Shown piece after piece: positions 22,576-35,323 of a stretch of DNA of 64,000 nt. Below the pieces are notes generated by a model that was not told where the DNA came from, ran no database searches, and saw nothing but the letters and a program-made list of their open reading frames with translations. The stretch lies in assembly GCA_965603825.1 (NCBI GenBank), contig CBFDEM010000053.1, forward strand, positions 1,426,001 through 1,490,000, read 5' to 3'. Made by a program: the position numbers and the translations under genes. The stretch is from Blepharisma stoltei ATCC 30299 (lineage: Eukaryota; Protista; Ciliophora). Position 1 is the first letter of the stretch; the number at the start of each line of letters is the position of its first letter.

Positions 22576-23700
22576 TGCATTCAAAAGCCTAATTGAAAGA
22601 TTAAATACAAAATTGGCATTTTTATAGAGAGCATTAGCTCTGTTGAGAAAAAAAATTAAATATAAAGTTCGATGGGAATGGCATTGAGAAATTAGAAATT
22701 GAAAGTGATGGAAGGATCTATTGCATTTGGTTCATACTAAGTGCAACGAATTTAAAAAGAATTACTGCACCATTATTAAATTAAATAATAAAAAATTATG
22801 AGGAATGTGTGAAATTATGATATATGATTCAATATTTCACTATATTTCATTAATCATCAGAATTTTTGAAAATATTTTGTATGATATATCAAATATCTTT
22901 GATAGAGCCAGATTCAAAGTCAAACCATGAAATTTTTAAGTTGCAAATAAAATTCCATAATAAAATCGTTTATTAGTTTATTTAAGGCTCACTTTCTTTA
23001 ACAAAGTGAATTCCATTTCTATTTTCAAAAAATTGGAAAATCTGCAAATGTTGAGCATTTGCCAGTTTTTTGCTGATGAAAACCTTTAATTGGATATTGC
23101 CAATGTATGCATGTCTTAAAATCAGCATATTTCAAATTAGAAGAAGTCTTAAAAATAGATGGGATTTTCATTCTCTGCAATATAAAACGTAACTTCTATT
23201 GGACTGAGCTTTTATTTTTAATCAGTAAATATATCAATTCTTATGCTGCCTTGCTTCTCCATCTTTTTTCATGCTTATCTTTTTATCTAAATGATCAAAC
23301 CATATGTTGGCTCTCTCAAAATTTTTCTTTGATCTTTATTAGCTTTTGGTTATATATTCTCATCGCGATTCTCAAGCTTATCAGATGTTGCATCAGCATG
23401 AAAATCACTTTATATTAAATTAAACTAATTTTCAAACACTCTATGTAATAGCTCATATTTATTCATATCTGGGGATTCTTTGGATTTATAAGAATATATT
23501 ATCATCATAGCGTTGCATTTTAGAAAAATAATAACAACTCATTTTTAGTTTTCAGATAAAAATATTAATTTTTTTAATTAAATAGAAACAATAGCAGGCG
23601 CTTAAAAAATGCATTATTTAAAATTCTGAAAAAAAAATTCATTGAATCCGAAGTATTAACAGAAAATAAAATATAGCACTTTTAAAATCTTTAATAAAAA

Positions 23701-24357
23701 ATGAACGACGAGCGTGGAGACAGTTTAATTAACTCTTTTGATTTCTCAGCTATTGAAGAAATGGATCCAAGTCTCAGTGAAGGCCACCGCGTCGCATATG
23801 ACCGTGAAGTTCCATTTGAACTGAGAATTCAAGACTCTGGAAGTGGCCCTCAAGAAGTAGGAACCTTAGAAGCCATAAAAGTAAAAGTTCTCATTCTAGG
23901 AGATAATGCTAATCCTCAGCACGTGAAAATCGAATTAACTAGTGAAAACGACCTTTTCTTCCATTATATTCACTCTTTAGATGACGCTGCTTTTCATCAG
24001 CTCCAAGAAACCCAGAAATTGATGATAGAATTTTCAGAACTGCCCACAATTCTTATCAGGATGCTAAATTCATGCATAAAGGAGCCTCACAACTTCTTAG
24101 CTGTCTTTATTATGCATAGAGACGGAAGAGCAAGGCTTGATTTCATTCAAAATATGGAATACAAGTTTATTGAGCTGCTATCGTTAGATTTCATGGCAAG
24201 CACCGAAGAAATGGTTCGACAGCAGATCACTTATCGCTATAATGCAGTCAAAAGCAAGCTTGCAATCATGCAAGCAAGACTTCAAGATATTAATTCAGTC
24301 ATTAAAGTCAAAAATCCATCATTATTACTTCAGCTGCAAAAACAGTCAAGAAAATAA
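23701..24357 (+). CDS. SAS6L: SAS-6-like protein (SAS6 N-terminal domain plus short coiled coil)
   Basis: ELTSENDLFFHY..F..LQETQKLMIEF..LIRMLNSC..LDFIQNMEYKFIELLSLDF. Only 218 aa, so it lacks the long SAS-6 coiled coil. Confidence 0.85.
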   Translation: MNDERGDSLINSFDFSAIEEMDPSLSEGHRVAYDREVPFELRIQDSGSGPQEVGTLEAIKVKVLILGDNANPQHVKIELTSENDLFFHYIHSLDDAAFHQLQETQKLMIEFSELPTILIRMLNSCIKEPHNFLAVFIMHRDGRARLDFIQNMEYKFIELLSLDFMASTEEMVRQQITYRYNAVKSKLAIMQARLQDINSVIKVKNPSLLLQLQKQSRK

Positions 24358-24396
24358 GGATAATTAAAATTATTTAAGATTTTAAATGCGACGCAT

Positions 24397-25518
24397 TTAA
24401 TGTACTGCACAGTTTTTAGTCGGGATTTCTGATTGAATTTCACAAATTAATGAGCTTATACTAGAAAGTTCGTTTTTAATAGCAGCGATACTTTCGGTAA
24501 TATCTTTGTCATCATTATATTCTGTCTGTTGCTTTGAACCTAAAAGCAACCCTAAGCTAACGCTTTTCCCTGTAAGAATACTTTCAGCAATGTTTTTTAA
24601 TAGAGTAATCTCTTTATGGATAAAAGAAATTTCCTTTGAATGAGTCTCAATTTCATTTTTTATACTAAGCTGAGTGACATCTTCTTTTTTAGTAGTAAAT
24701 AGCTGTTTTTTCAGTAACTCATTTTCAATGATAAGTGCTTCTTGTGTAGTTTCCAAAGTTTTTAGCTCTGCTAAAAACAAATTGTAATCGCTTGGAGAAA
24801 TTTTTGTTTCCTGCAGGGCTTTCAGCTGCTTTGCTAAAAAATGGCTTTGCATCTTTAATTCTTTATTTTTTTCATTTAATTCTTCTTCATTAAGATGCTG
24901 AGGAGTGTTTTCTAATTCCATGTTAATTTTTTCTAGAGCTTTTATTTCTTCTTCCAGAACTCTCCTTGACTCTAAATTGCTCGATAAATAGTCTAAAAGA
25001 TGCTTATTTTCTGCCTGGATTTTTTCTTCAGCTGAATCTTCTAGTATTTTAAGCCTCTTCCTAAGCTCGCGATTTTTCTTTTCCGCGGAGATTAAAATTT
25101 TTTTCTTGTCTTCTGAGTATGATTTTATAGGTGAATATCGTCTATCATGATCAAAAGTCCTTAACGAATGGGCACTTATGTCTCTTTTGAACTTGTCTAT
25201 TAAATTATCAATTTTTTCTATTCGATGTAAGCGGGATTGGCAAGATGGGACTGGGCTCTGCTGAGAAAAGGTTTTCACGTCAGAGTCATCCGTTGATAAT
25301 AATTCAAAGCATGTAACTTCTTTCGGAATTTCATTAGGCAAAGAAGGTTTAAATGCATTTGAACTGTGGCATCTTGTTCTCACTGGTGTTGAATCTGGGC
25401 TTCTATATTTATTTGCAGATTTTGCAATTGAGCTAGCCGATATTTTTGTATTTTCAGGAGAGTTATAAAAAAGTTCTTGCGAGGACAGCAAATTTCTTTT
25501 CGATGATTGGTACGACAT
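24397..25518 (-). CDS. Coiled-coil protein with CEP85-like C-terminal region
   Basis: Intact 373-aa ORF. C-terminus GKSVSLGLLLG..IKNELSSISSLICE..NCAVH resembles that of the 60961..62043 protein. Confidence 0.65.
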   Translation of the reverse strand: MSYQSSKRNLLSSQELFYNSPENTKISASSIAKSANKYRSPDSTPVRTRCHSSNAFKPSLPNEIPKEVTCFELLSTDDSDVKTFSQQSPVPSCQSRLHRIEKIDNLIDKFKRDISAHSLRTFDHDRRYSPIKSYSEDKKKILISAEKKNRELRKRLKILEDSAEEKIQAENKHLLDYLSSNLESRRVLEEEIKALEKINMELENTPQHLNEEELNEKNKELKMQSHFLAKQLKALQETKISPSDYNLFLAELKTLETTQEALIIENELLKKQLFTTKKEDVTQLSIKNEIETHSKEISFIHKEITLLKNIAESILTGKSVSLGLLLGSKQQTEYNDDKDITESIAAIKNELSSISSLICEIQSEIPTKNCAVH

Positions 25519-25575
25519 ATTATCAAAATATTCCTTTTAATATCCTGATTCCATATTATTGTTGATATAAATAAA

Positions 25576-26286
25576 ATGAGGCTTTTTGGCAAGAAAAAGA
25601 AGCAAAACATGAAACCTGAAGAGGTTTTGAAAACCATGGAATCTCTCAGAAAAACAATAGAAGATATAGAAAAGCGCTCCACACTACTCCAAAACAAAGC
25701 GCAAATGGAACTGCAAAACGCCTTGCAAAGGAAAAAGCAAGGCGACCGTGCAGGTGCGTTAATTTCTTTGAAGCGCAAAAAAATGTATGAAACTGAGGCT
25801 TCTAAACTTGAGGGATCTCGAATGAACATCGAACAACAGCTATTTGCCATAGAAGGCGCAAGCATGAATAAAAACATTTTTGATTCTTTGAAAACAGGAA
25901 ACCAGGCTCTAAAACAAGTTCATGGGGAAATTAAAATAGAAGATGTGGATAAGCTGAAAGATGAGATGGAAGAACAGCAAGATTTAGTGCAAGAGCTAAA
26001 CGAAGCTATTTCGCAGCCTATTGGATTTATGTCGACTGTTGATGAAGATGATTTGCTTAAAGAACTAGACGAAATTGAAGCCCAAGAGTATGAAAGAGAC
26101 CTGATTGAAGCTGAGCCCAGCCAAAAAGCAATGGTGAGGCCAGTGGTAGAGCAACCGAGCCTAGAGCTACCAGGAAAAGAGCAACCACAGGTTTTAAGCA
26201 ACTTTGCTGGCCCACAACCTCAGCAACCCGTGAAAGCAGCTCAAAATAACGAATTGGACGAACTTTTTAACTCAATGCAAATGTAA
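25576..26286 (+). CDS. SNF7: ESCRT-III subunit Snf7/Vps32 (CHMP4)
   Basis: MRLFGKKK, ALISLKRKKMYE, IEQQLFAIEGA, IEDVDKL..EMEEQ, EAISQPIG and VDEDDLLKELDE. Confidence 0.92.
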   Translation: MRLFGKKKKQNMKPEEVLKTMESLRKTIEDIEKRSTLLQNKAQMELQNALQRKKQGDRAGALISLKRKKMYETEASKLEGSRMNIEQQLFAIEGASMNKNIFDSLKTGNQALKQVHGEIKIEDVDKLKDEMEEQQDLVQELNEAISQPIGFMSTVDEDDLLKELDEIEAQEYERDLIEAEPSQKAMVRPVVEQPSLELPGKEQPQVLSNFAGPQPQQPVKAAQNNELDELFNSMQM

Positions 26287-26572
26287 GAGAATTAATAGAA
26301 GCTTAAAATTTGAATATTCTGTCGATTTTCTTATCTAATATAGATATTTTATCTTAAGTATACAATACGATCTGATAACACCAGGCACTAATTATTTCTT
26401 TATGGTTTAATTCTAATAAGCCAATTTATTTAAATATTTCACCAAATCGTTATACATCCCTAGTCTTAAAATCATATTTTTTCTATTTCATGCAAAAATA
26501 ACGCCTTATTTACTGGAGTTTTGACGACAATGTATTTTAAGTTATAATAAAATTATCAAATAATTGTATTAG

Positions 26573-27400
26573 TTATAGCGCCTTAAGCTGAACGCAATCA
26601 AATCTAAATTTGAATGAAGAGTCCAGATCTCCGGTAATCCAAATTTCTTCTTTATTTTCCTTGGCGACTGCTTCTGTGACCATTTCTCTTTTTTCCATCC
26701 CGACATCTACGCAATTGTCTAGACGGACTGTAAAGATACTCGGTAGAAATGAGTTGCTATGATTTTGAGGAAACCAAGGCTCGAGCCCCAGGTCTTGAAT
26801 CATATAGCAATTCATATATTTCTTGATCAGAAGCCATTTTTCAACGCATTCTGGTGAATGGAATCCCTTGCAGCACATGAAGTCGAATTTGTCGCAAAGG
26901 ACTTCTGGGTTAAGATCGGCAAATAAGAACTCGACATAGTAATAAAATGACTCTCTAACGCCGATATGAGAGAAAAATTCAATACAAAATGTCGAATTAA
27001 AACTTTTTTCTAAGTATCGACCTCGAATGCGTTTCTTAAGTTTTCCATCTGTCTTTGGGCCTTTCTCGGTACACGATAAAGGCTCAAGCACCGTCATGTA
27101 TTTTTCATAGCAGCCTGCTAGGGCTTGCCAGACTCTCAATGCATTGTATGGATTTCCCCTAATTCTGTTCAATGTCTTGGATGGGAGCACATTTTTTCTT
27201 ATCTGGCGAATTGCCCTTTTGAAGCCCCTGATAAGTTTGCACCTAAGGTACTCCTTCTTAGGAGGTGAAGTCTTGAACTCCCCGCAAGTATAGAACAATT
27301 TGCGTATGTGGGCATCTTTTTTGCTTTTGCGACCTGGATGATGACTAGCTCCGACCTTCACGTGAAGGAGTAGAGGGTCAATCGATAGAATTCTTTTCAT
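26573..27400 (-). CDS. Hypothetical basic, Cys-containing protein (275 aa)
   Basis: Long intact ORF with coding-like GC content and an AT-rich context before the ATG; no recognised domain. Confidence 0.8.
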   Translation of the reverse strand: MKRILSIDPLLLHVKVGASHHPGRKSKKDAHIRKLFYTCGEFKTSPPKKEYLRCKLIRGFKRAIRQIRKNVLPSKTLNRIRGNPYNALRVWQALAGCYEKYMTVLEPLSCTEKGPKTDGKLKKRIRGRYLEKSFNSTFCIEFFSHIGVRESFYYYVEFLFADLNPEVLCDKFDFMCCKGFHSPECVEKWLLIKKYMNCYMIQDLGLEPWFPQNHSNSFLPSIFTVRLDNCVDVGMEKREMVTEAVAKENKEEIWITGDLDSSFKFRFDCVQLKAL

Positions 27401-28192
27401 TTTATTATTATAAGCATAATCTTTGCTTGCAAATTAGACTTATTGAATTGAATTTTCGACCATTAGTATTTATGTAAGGAAGGCAAGCAGAATGGAGGTC
27501 TGAATATGGAAATTCATATCTATTTTGAATTTATATGCAGATATAAAAAGATTTCTTAGTTCTGAGATGTTTAAAATTACAGCAAAGAATAGAAGGAATA
27601 TAAATTTTATGCCAGCTTCATTTTTGATTATATATGGATAAACAATTATTTCTTAGAATTTTTAGTATTTTTTGAAATTTTTTTATGTAATATTTTGATA
27701 ATTTACCAAATTAATAAAGATAAAATTACAAGAAGGCTGACTTTTGATTGCGATAAATTGAGAAAATATATAGACTATCAGAAGCCTTGACTAGAAATCT
27801 AAATTTTAAGTGTAAAACTAAGTAATAGACATATTTATCAGTATTTTCTTTAGAATTCGAAGAGAAGAATTATTTATTAGATGGATAAATAGGAAGATAT
27901 TTTCTTCTCAAAGAATAAATTCCAAAATATAAAAATAAAGACAAAATAATGGCAAAAAAAAGACTCTAATAATCTAAGTCTAAATTATTTTACGAGAGAA
28001 TTTCTAAAAATTTATAATATTTTGAAGAAGTTATCAGTATTGCATACGGCTTATTCCATAAATTTAAATTAAACCTTAAGTCTTCTTAAAGCAAAGCTTT
28101 TCTGAATCATCCCAAAAATCTAGTTCCTATTATTTTCTTATATATTAAAGCGGCTATAAAATTATATTTAATTAAGCAAAATTAATATTTAT

Positions 28193-31159
28193 CTAAACTG
28201 ATTTTTGTTCATTATATCTTGGCATATAATATTTGGTTACTCCTATCTTAAACATCAGTGTCACTAGTAGAGTAGTAGATCCTATTAAAATGCAAATCAC
28301 AAGTTGCTCTATGCTCAAAGGCTCTGTGTTCATAAAATCTCCACCTTTCTGTACCAACAATATTTGACATACAAATTCAATAGACAAAATCGTTAAAAAT
28401 TGCCAATTATTGAAAATCCCTGCGAAGACATTGTACTCCTCTGGTCTAATTTTTCTACAGTTAATCTGATTGAATAGCTGTAGCATTACAAAAATATTGA
28501 AACAAAGAGTATAGTGCTCAGATTCTTCTTCAGGCCAATCAGAGTCCCATCCAGCGTCAACGCCAAAAATAGCTGGACCCCAGAAAAGCACAACGACTAC
28601 TACAGTCACTTGATAAACTGACTGAATAATTATATTTGCAATAATTCAAGGTGACAGAATGTACTCATTTTTCCCATATGGAGCTGAGTCAAGTACTTTA
28701 TTATCAGGATCTTGTGTCGCTAAGGCTAAGGCTGCCAAAGAATCCATCATTAAATTAACCCAGAGCATTTGTACTGCAGTTAAAGGAGAACTTTCTACAG
28801 TAATAGCTCCTATCAAGCAGAGCATCAAAGCGACAGTATTTACAGTCAATTGAAATTGCAAATACCGCCTAATATTGAAATAAATATTTCTACCCCACTT
28901 AATTGCTGTGACAATACTTTGGATATTATCATCCAGCAAAATGATATCAGACGCCTCCTTAGCCATAGGAGTTGCAGTCATCATAGCTATTCCAATATCT
29001 GCTCTCTGCAAGGCGGCTGCATCATTAGTCCCATCTCCAGTGACAGCTACAATTCTCCCAAGTCCTCTCATGCCAATAGTTAAAAGCAACTTATCCTGTG
29101 GACTGCATCTAGCCAAAATCCTCAAATGCTCTTCAATTTTCTTGAATTCTTGCTCATTGCCTATTGCGTAGCTAATTTCGTCCTTTCCTTCTTTTACTAT
29201 GAGTCCTCCAGTTCTTCTATCAAAATCTTTGCCTAATATAATTGTGTCATTTTCAGGCTTATAGTCATAGTCTGAAGGAAGGATGCTGCAATGTTTCCCT
29301 ATTCTTGAGGCTATATCTGGGTTATCCCCAGTAATAATTCTGACAGTCACTCCAGTTTTTCTTAAAGTTTCTATGGCTTCTTTTGCTTCTGGCCTCACAG
29401 GGTCTTCTATACCAAAAATAGCAACAAGTATCATACCGTTAGCGGCGTTATCCATTTCATCTTTATTAGGATTGTCATTAAGTCCTAGCTCCTTTACAGA
29501 GCCAGCTTTATAAGCGACAGCAATAGTTCTCAACGATTTTTGTGACCACAACATTAATTTCTCCTTAACTTTTTCTTTCTCTTCTGAAGTAATTTCTATG
29601 ATACTTCCATCAGAGTTTAGCATGTGTGAGCAGCGTCTCATAATCCTTTCTGGGGCTCCTTTTACATATAAAGCTGATTCTTCCGGGTTATCTACGTTAA
29701 AAGTGCTCATCATTTTTACGAGTGAATTAAAAGGTACCTGCATGACTTGCGTTTTCATGTTTCTATATTGATGATAATTCAGCCCCCAATGCATTAGAAA
29801 CATAAGCAAAGCGCACTCAGTTCTGTTTCCAGCCTTTTCGATATTCCCATCTACAGAGTGGACATCGGCCGTAGTGTTTCTTGAGACAGCAATTGCCAAG
29901 ATTTTGATGACCTCAGGATCGACTTCAGGGACTCTTGTATTGGTCTTTTTCAGCCCAATCAGAACTTTAACAACCTTCATCTCATTTTTGGTTAAAGTGC
30001 CTGTTTTGTCAATCAGCAGCTCTTGGCAGCCTCCCATGGTCTCACATGCTTTTAGATGTTTGACGAAGATATTTTCTTCTTTCATTTTTCTCATAGAGAA
30101 TGCTAAGCTTAATGTGACAGCTAGTGGAAGGCCTTCTGGAATTACTACAACTAATATAGTAATTGCGAAAATAAAAGCAGTGAACATTTTTTCTGTGCTT
30201 TCAGAATCCCAGGTTCCAGCTTCAATTATGTCTGAAAGGATAAATGCTGATAAAGCAATAAAAATCATAATTGCTGCAATAGCTCCAACAATCCCGATGT
30301 GGACGCCAATTTGGGCTAATTTGTCTTCTAGTGGGGTAGCCTCATCTGAATACTGTTGTAGAATAAGTTTGTGATGTTTGCCAAGGGTGGAATTTTTGCC
30401 TACACAACAAACAATCATTTCTCCAGTCCCTTCAACTACAGACGATCCAGATATGATAAATGGGTCGTCAGCTCCTTTTTCAATTGTCTTGCTCTCTCCA
30501 GTCAGTGCACTTTCGTCTACAGTAACTCCATAAGATCTCACTAAAATCCCATCAGCAGGGGCAATGTCTCCTGGGTTTAAGTACATTAAATCCCCAACAA
30601 CCAAATCATTAACCCAGGTTTCTTCTAATTCGTCATTTCTTACGACATTTACATAATGCCTTTTGGTGTCTGAATTTAGCCTTCTGAATTGTAGCTCTTT
30701 AAAATAGTCTTGAACAGTGAAAACAGTGATAACTATGAAAATTGATATAAAAATGGCACAGCCTTCATATCACCCTTCACTTGAATCTTCAACCAAGCCT
30801 ATTGCGAGGGATACTATACCTGCAAATAGTAAAAGCTGTATAACGAAATTTTTAAATTGGTCACATATGATTTTTCATATAGATGTAGGTGGCTGCATAT
30901 ATGGTTTGTTATCCCCAAAGCTGAATAGTAATTACGTTTTTTGACGACATTGTATGTCATATTCAGTGCATATTAAACCAGATTTCTCACTTGTGCATAA
31001 TGCATTGCATAGCCAGTCAATACCGCCGAGCCTATTGAGATTTTTTAAGCTTTGACCGTCGTGGATTGCATGAGTATCGAAAAGTGTGCTGAGTAATTGT
31101 TACATTAGTTCGTCTGGAGTTGTTCCAAAGTTATTAGCAAGTAGATTATCTTCCTCCAT
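28193..31159 (-). CDS. P-type IIB Ca2+-transporting ATPase, PMCA-like (978 aa, two introns)
   Basis: ATG 31159 and two 15-nt introns. EGWYEG with W = TGA (30770-30772), VDESALTGES, PEGLPLAVT, DKTGTLT, KGAPE, TGDN, TGDGTND, QFQLTVN, QMLWVNLMMDS. TGA 28646-28648 is read through into the last TM helices. Confidence 0.93.
30921..30935 (-). other. 15-nt spliceosomal intron
   Basis: gtaattactAttcag; removal deletes an in-frame TAA and restores RQKTFGDN. Confidence 0.88.
31089..31103 (-). other. 15-nt spliceosomal intron
   Basis: gtaacaattActcag; removal deletes an in-frame TAA. Confidence 0.85.
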
Positions 31160-31801
31160 TATCCGTTTTACAATAATAAATAAAGTACTTTAAGTGAAAT
31201 ACATGAGAACTTTGAATAAAATTTGTGGCTTAGGAGTCAGCCGCTTTTTATAAGCAGTTAGTATCCAATCCTTAGATAAAAAGTAAAAAAATCAGATTTA
31301 TAGTGTCGTATTAATATGATATTTATTTTTAAATTTAAAATTTTATGATATTATATAATTTCTGGTAAAATTCGCTTTTAAATCAAATCACTGATTGAAT
31401 TATAAGTTTTACCAGATTATAATGACTAATTTTAGAAGAAACGAGAATAAAAGTGTATATTGCAAATTTGTGGTGAAATATATCAGAAGTTGGAAGAAAT
31501 TTAAGTGCTTTGCATATAGTTTATTAGTAAATATTATAAAGAGACTTCTAGATTTTCAAAAATAGATTAAATAATATGATAAAATTTTAGCATAATAAGT
31601 ATGGATTGGGTTTCATTAAATTTATGCATTAAGCAAAAATGCCAGGCGTCATAATTCGATATTATGCTTCTATTTTTACTATTTTTTCTTAGTCAAGCTT
31701 TCAAATAAAATTATCAATATGAAGCTTATCTCCTATATTAGAAGAAATCTAATATTTCTCGTTAATTCTATTTATGCATGCTGCTCTCTATAGTTATTTA
31801 A

Positions 31802-33313
31802 ATGGAACATAAGCGTAGGCCGCACTCATCATATTCAGCAGCATCTCATAAAAGCTCACAAAACCACGAATCTAACGCAGATCAACTCCAACGCCAACTA
31901 GAAGTTTTTACATTTCAACTCGAAAAAGAAAAACGCCAATCATCTGTTCTTGATGGCCGTATACGCATCACTGCTGAAGATTTATCAAAGCCTGGCCTTC
32001 CAGTCCGTTCGTCCACTCCAATGCCAATGTCCTCAGTAGGTATAACTCGTGAAATAAAAAAACTCGAAAAACAATTGCAGTTAGAGACAAAATATCTGAA
32101 TGAAACCCAAACTGAAAATGAAAATCTAAAAGGAGAAATCAACGTTCTAAGGCGTGAAAGAATCTTATACAAAGATATGTTTAAAAGGCTTCAAAACGAT
32201 ATTTCATTTTCCTCTGTAAAAGCTGGAGAGCTGCATGAAGAAGTTGGAGAGAATTCATTTTACCAAGAAGCAGTTCAAAAAAGAGCTATAAGAATTCGTG
32301 CTCAGAGTGCCAATATAAAGAGCAAGTACATTAGCAGGATGGAAGAGCTCAGCGAAGCCATCAAGGAGAAAAAAAATCAGAAAAAAGATTATGAAATGGA
32401 ACTAGAAGAGAGACTCAAGCAAAGCGCAAATATCGCGAACGATATGGCAGTGTCTAATGCAGTGCTAAAAAAGACAGAAAATATTTGAAAAGAGAAATGC
32501 AAAGAAAAGAGAAAAGCCCTTGATCAGTATTTAAGAAGAATTAAAACAATGAAAAGTGGATTTTTTGAAATTCGGTTAGCAACAGGATATGATAGCTACG
32601 ACGACGTAGTCACTGTTTTTATTAAAAGTGAAGAGCAGCAGCACGAAATGCTTTCGAACTTGACAAATCTTAACTCAGAAATCGAGTTTCTTGAAGAAGT
32701 CTGTAACAGGCTTAATAAAGAAATTCAGTCAAACAACGAGAATAAAACAGGGCATGAGCAGATTTTGAAGGATCAAATGTTAAGGGTCCAGAACGAAAAC
32801 AAAAATCTGCAAGAAAGAAGCAAAATTGAATATGAAAAATCAATATGCATAGAAAGCTCAGTGTTAGCATTATCCACATATATTAAAATGATCCATGAGC
32901 TCTTAGTTTCAGCGAGCTTAAACACAAGACTAGAGAAGCCACCCAATATCAAGGATGAGACTGACATAGAAAATATTCAGGATCACTTAGGTTTACTAGA
33001 AGATTTAATCACCCAGCTTACAGTCTGCAATTCTTTTCTTCGCGAAGAAGCATCCCCTGCCTTAAAAGCGGTCCCAGTCCATTCTTTACCTCCTAAGGAA
33101 TTCGATATCCCACCTGTTTCTTTGCTAGCTAACCAATTTGCTTATCTTGAAGAAAAAGAAGAGACAACCCAAGAAGAATTTTCAACCCCATTGAAACGTA
33201 AAGACTTCATTAATAAAGCCCTCAAAATCATGAAGGAAGAAATCGACTGGTCAAGTTATTCGCCAAAACCAGTATCCGCAGAAGGAAAAAATAAACCTAA
33301 ATTACATGTATAA
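31802..33313 (+). CDS. Outer dynein arm docking complex ODAD1/CCDC114/CCDC63-like coiled-coil protein (503 aa)
   Basis: Two ORFs joined through TGA 32486-32488. LEKQL....LNE...ENENLKGEINVLRRER and F.EIRLATG...DDVVTVFIKSEEQ......LNSEIE match DC2-family blocks. Confidence 0.75.
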
Positions 33314-33349
33314 ACTTAGTATAAATTATTATTTATAACGGAACTAGAA

Positions 33350-35074
33350 ATGTCTGCTAATTGGGAATCTTACAATTATGACCCTGCTAAAGTGTTGGAA
33401 ATCCAAGCAAGTTATCTTAGATTTTTGGCTTCTTTATATCCGACTGGATCGCCCGCAAATGCCTCAAACCCTATTCAAGATCCTTTATTACAATCATTAA
33501 ATAACCCGATATTATCTCCGAATTTAGAGCTGCAAAGCATCAGATCGCCATTAGGACAAACATTTAGAAGTATGTCGCCCCCTTTAAGCAGCAGAAGGGA
33601 AGCCAAAGAAAGCCCAGAAAGACAAGAAAGGCCAAAAAATCCATATGATGATGTGCCTGTTAAACAGGTACAAAAAACTTTTGAAGAATTATTAGAAGAG
33701 CAGCTTAATAAAGAGAACGGTAAGAAGGTAATCAATAGCAGAATCCCTGCTAAAAAAGTAGAAGAAGTGCCAAAAAAAGTAGGAGAAGTACCGAAAAAAG
33801 AAAATCCAAAAAGAAAATTGTCAGGAGGGATAATCCAGCAAGTACCAAAAAGGACTTTGGAGCTGAAATTATCAAATATTGTGAGGACTAGTGAGACTAC
33901 AGAAGAAACACAAAGAGAAAATAAAAACAGTGCAAAAAATAGAGAAAAATCGCCCCCATTTCTGAAGAGAGGCCAAGGACAGTTGTGCAGCCAAATTCGA
34001 GCTGTTTCCTCACCTAAAATTAGGCCATTGCAATCAGCTCGCATTCTGCAGCGATCTTCATCAATTGGAGATAAATTATCTTCAAAAAATACAACTCCAG
34101 TGAAAAAAGTCAGAAAATTAGAAGCACTTAATACAGAAAGAGCTGAGAAAACTGAATTGGCTATACAAATTGAAAAATTTAAAAGAGAAAGCTTGAAATT
34201 AAAATCCATTGCAGATGAATTAGAAAAAAGAAAGAAAAAGCTTGAAGAGGAGGAAAAAGCTTTTCACATCATGAAGAAAAAAGAAATGGATGAATTTGAA
34301 AGTTGAAAAAAAGAAGAAACTAAAAAAATCCATATGAATGGCAAAAAAATTAATAGCAAAGAAGACGAGGTTGAAGCATTAAAAAGAGCTATTCAAAGGC
34401 TGCAAGATATAGCAAAAACCAAAGATGCAAAATACGAAGAAACTATAGATAAGCTCAAAAAGCATATTGATGAGCTTAATAAAAAAGTAAAGTTTTATGA
34501 AAATAAACCAGAAAAAGAAATAAGTGAAGATATTTATAAAATCAGCCCACAGAAAAAGCCTCTGAATCAAGAAATTTTTGAAGGAAATCATAAAAGACAA
34601 GATAGCCTTCCTAAGATTGTAAGTGAGTCTAAAACAGATGATGGAAAAATTCAACGTGTTTATTCTGATGGCAAAAAAGAAATTTTATTCACAAATGGCG
34701 TCAGAAGGGAAATTTTTCCGAATGGCTATAGTGTGGTTTACTATTCAAATAATGATATAAAGCAAAATTTTCCTGATGGAAAAATTATATATTTTTATTC
34801 TGAAGCACAAACCACACAAACAACTATGCCAGATGGGCTCCAAATTTATAAGTTTTCCAATGGGCAAATAGAGAAACATTTTCCAGATGGCACCAGAGAA
34901 ATAACTTTTCCAGATGGGACTATAAAATGTGTATTCGCTGATGGAGAAGAAGAAACAGTCTTTACTGATGGGACAATTCAGAAAAAAGATGCTCAAGGTG
35001 TTAAATATATGGAATTTCCGCAAGATGAAAAAAATAAAATGCCAAGAGAGAGTGATTTAGCGATTGATGAGTAA
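33350..35074 (+). CDS. CENPJ: Centriolar protein CPAP/CENPJ/SAS-4-like (574 aa)
   Basis: DDVPVK..KTFEELLEEQL and PFLKRGQG (PN2-3 region), coiled coil, and TCP10/G-box repeats (F.NG/FPDG). Joined through TGA 34304-34306. Confidence 0.85.
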
Positions 35075-35323
35075 TTTTATTTTTGTAAATTTTTCTAATA
35101 CAGATTCTTTCCTTTAATCTTCATAATTTCTTTTTATAGTTAATTCGATTTATATTTACATTTATTTATCTTATAATAGGTTTATAATTTTCTTTCATCC
35201 ATCCCATGGCTGCTGATTTAATATAAAAAAAATGAACTCACAGAAAGGATTGAAAAAACCTTTAAGTCTAGAATATTGGATTATTCAAGTATAAAATAAT
35301 GCTTCTAATTATCAATTTTATTT

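Noticed and set aside
22576-22773. Upstream in-frame ATG (22773) as start of the F-box gene
   Set aside because: It is followed by an in-frame TAA with no 15/16-nt GT..AG intron to remove it.
23107-23418. 103-aa ORF in the 22.7-23.7 kb spacer
   Set aside because: Low-complexity F/L/I/Y composition with no motif, and the opposite strand has stops in the frames I checked. A decayed gene cannot be excluded.
23701-35074. Functional cluster of centriole/cilia genes (SAS6L, CEP85-like, ODAD1-like, CPAP)
   Set aside because: They are interspersed with unrelated genes, and such genes are abundant in ciliates, so chance is sufficient without a genome-wide test.
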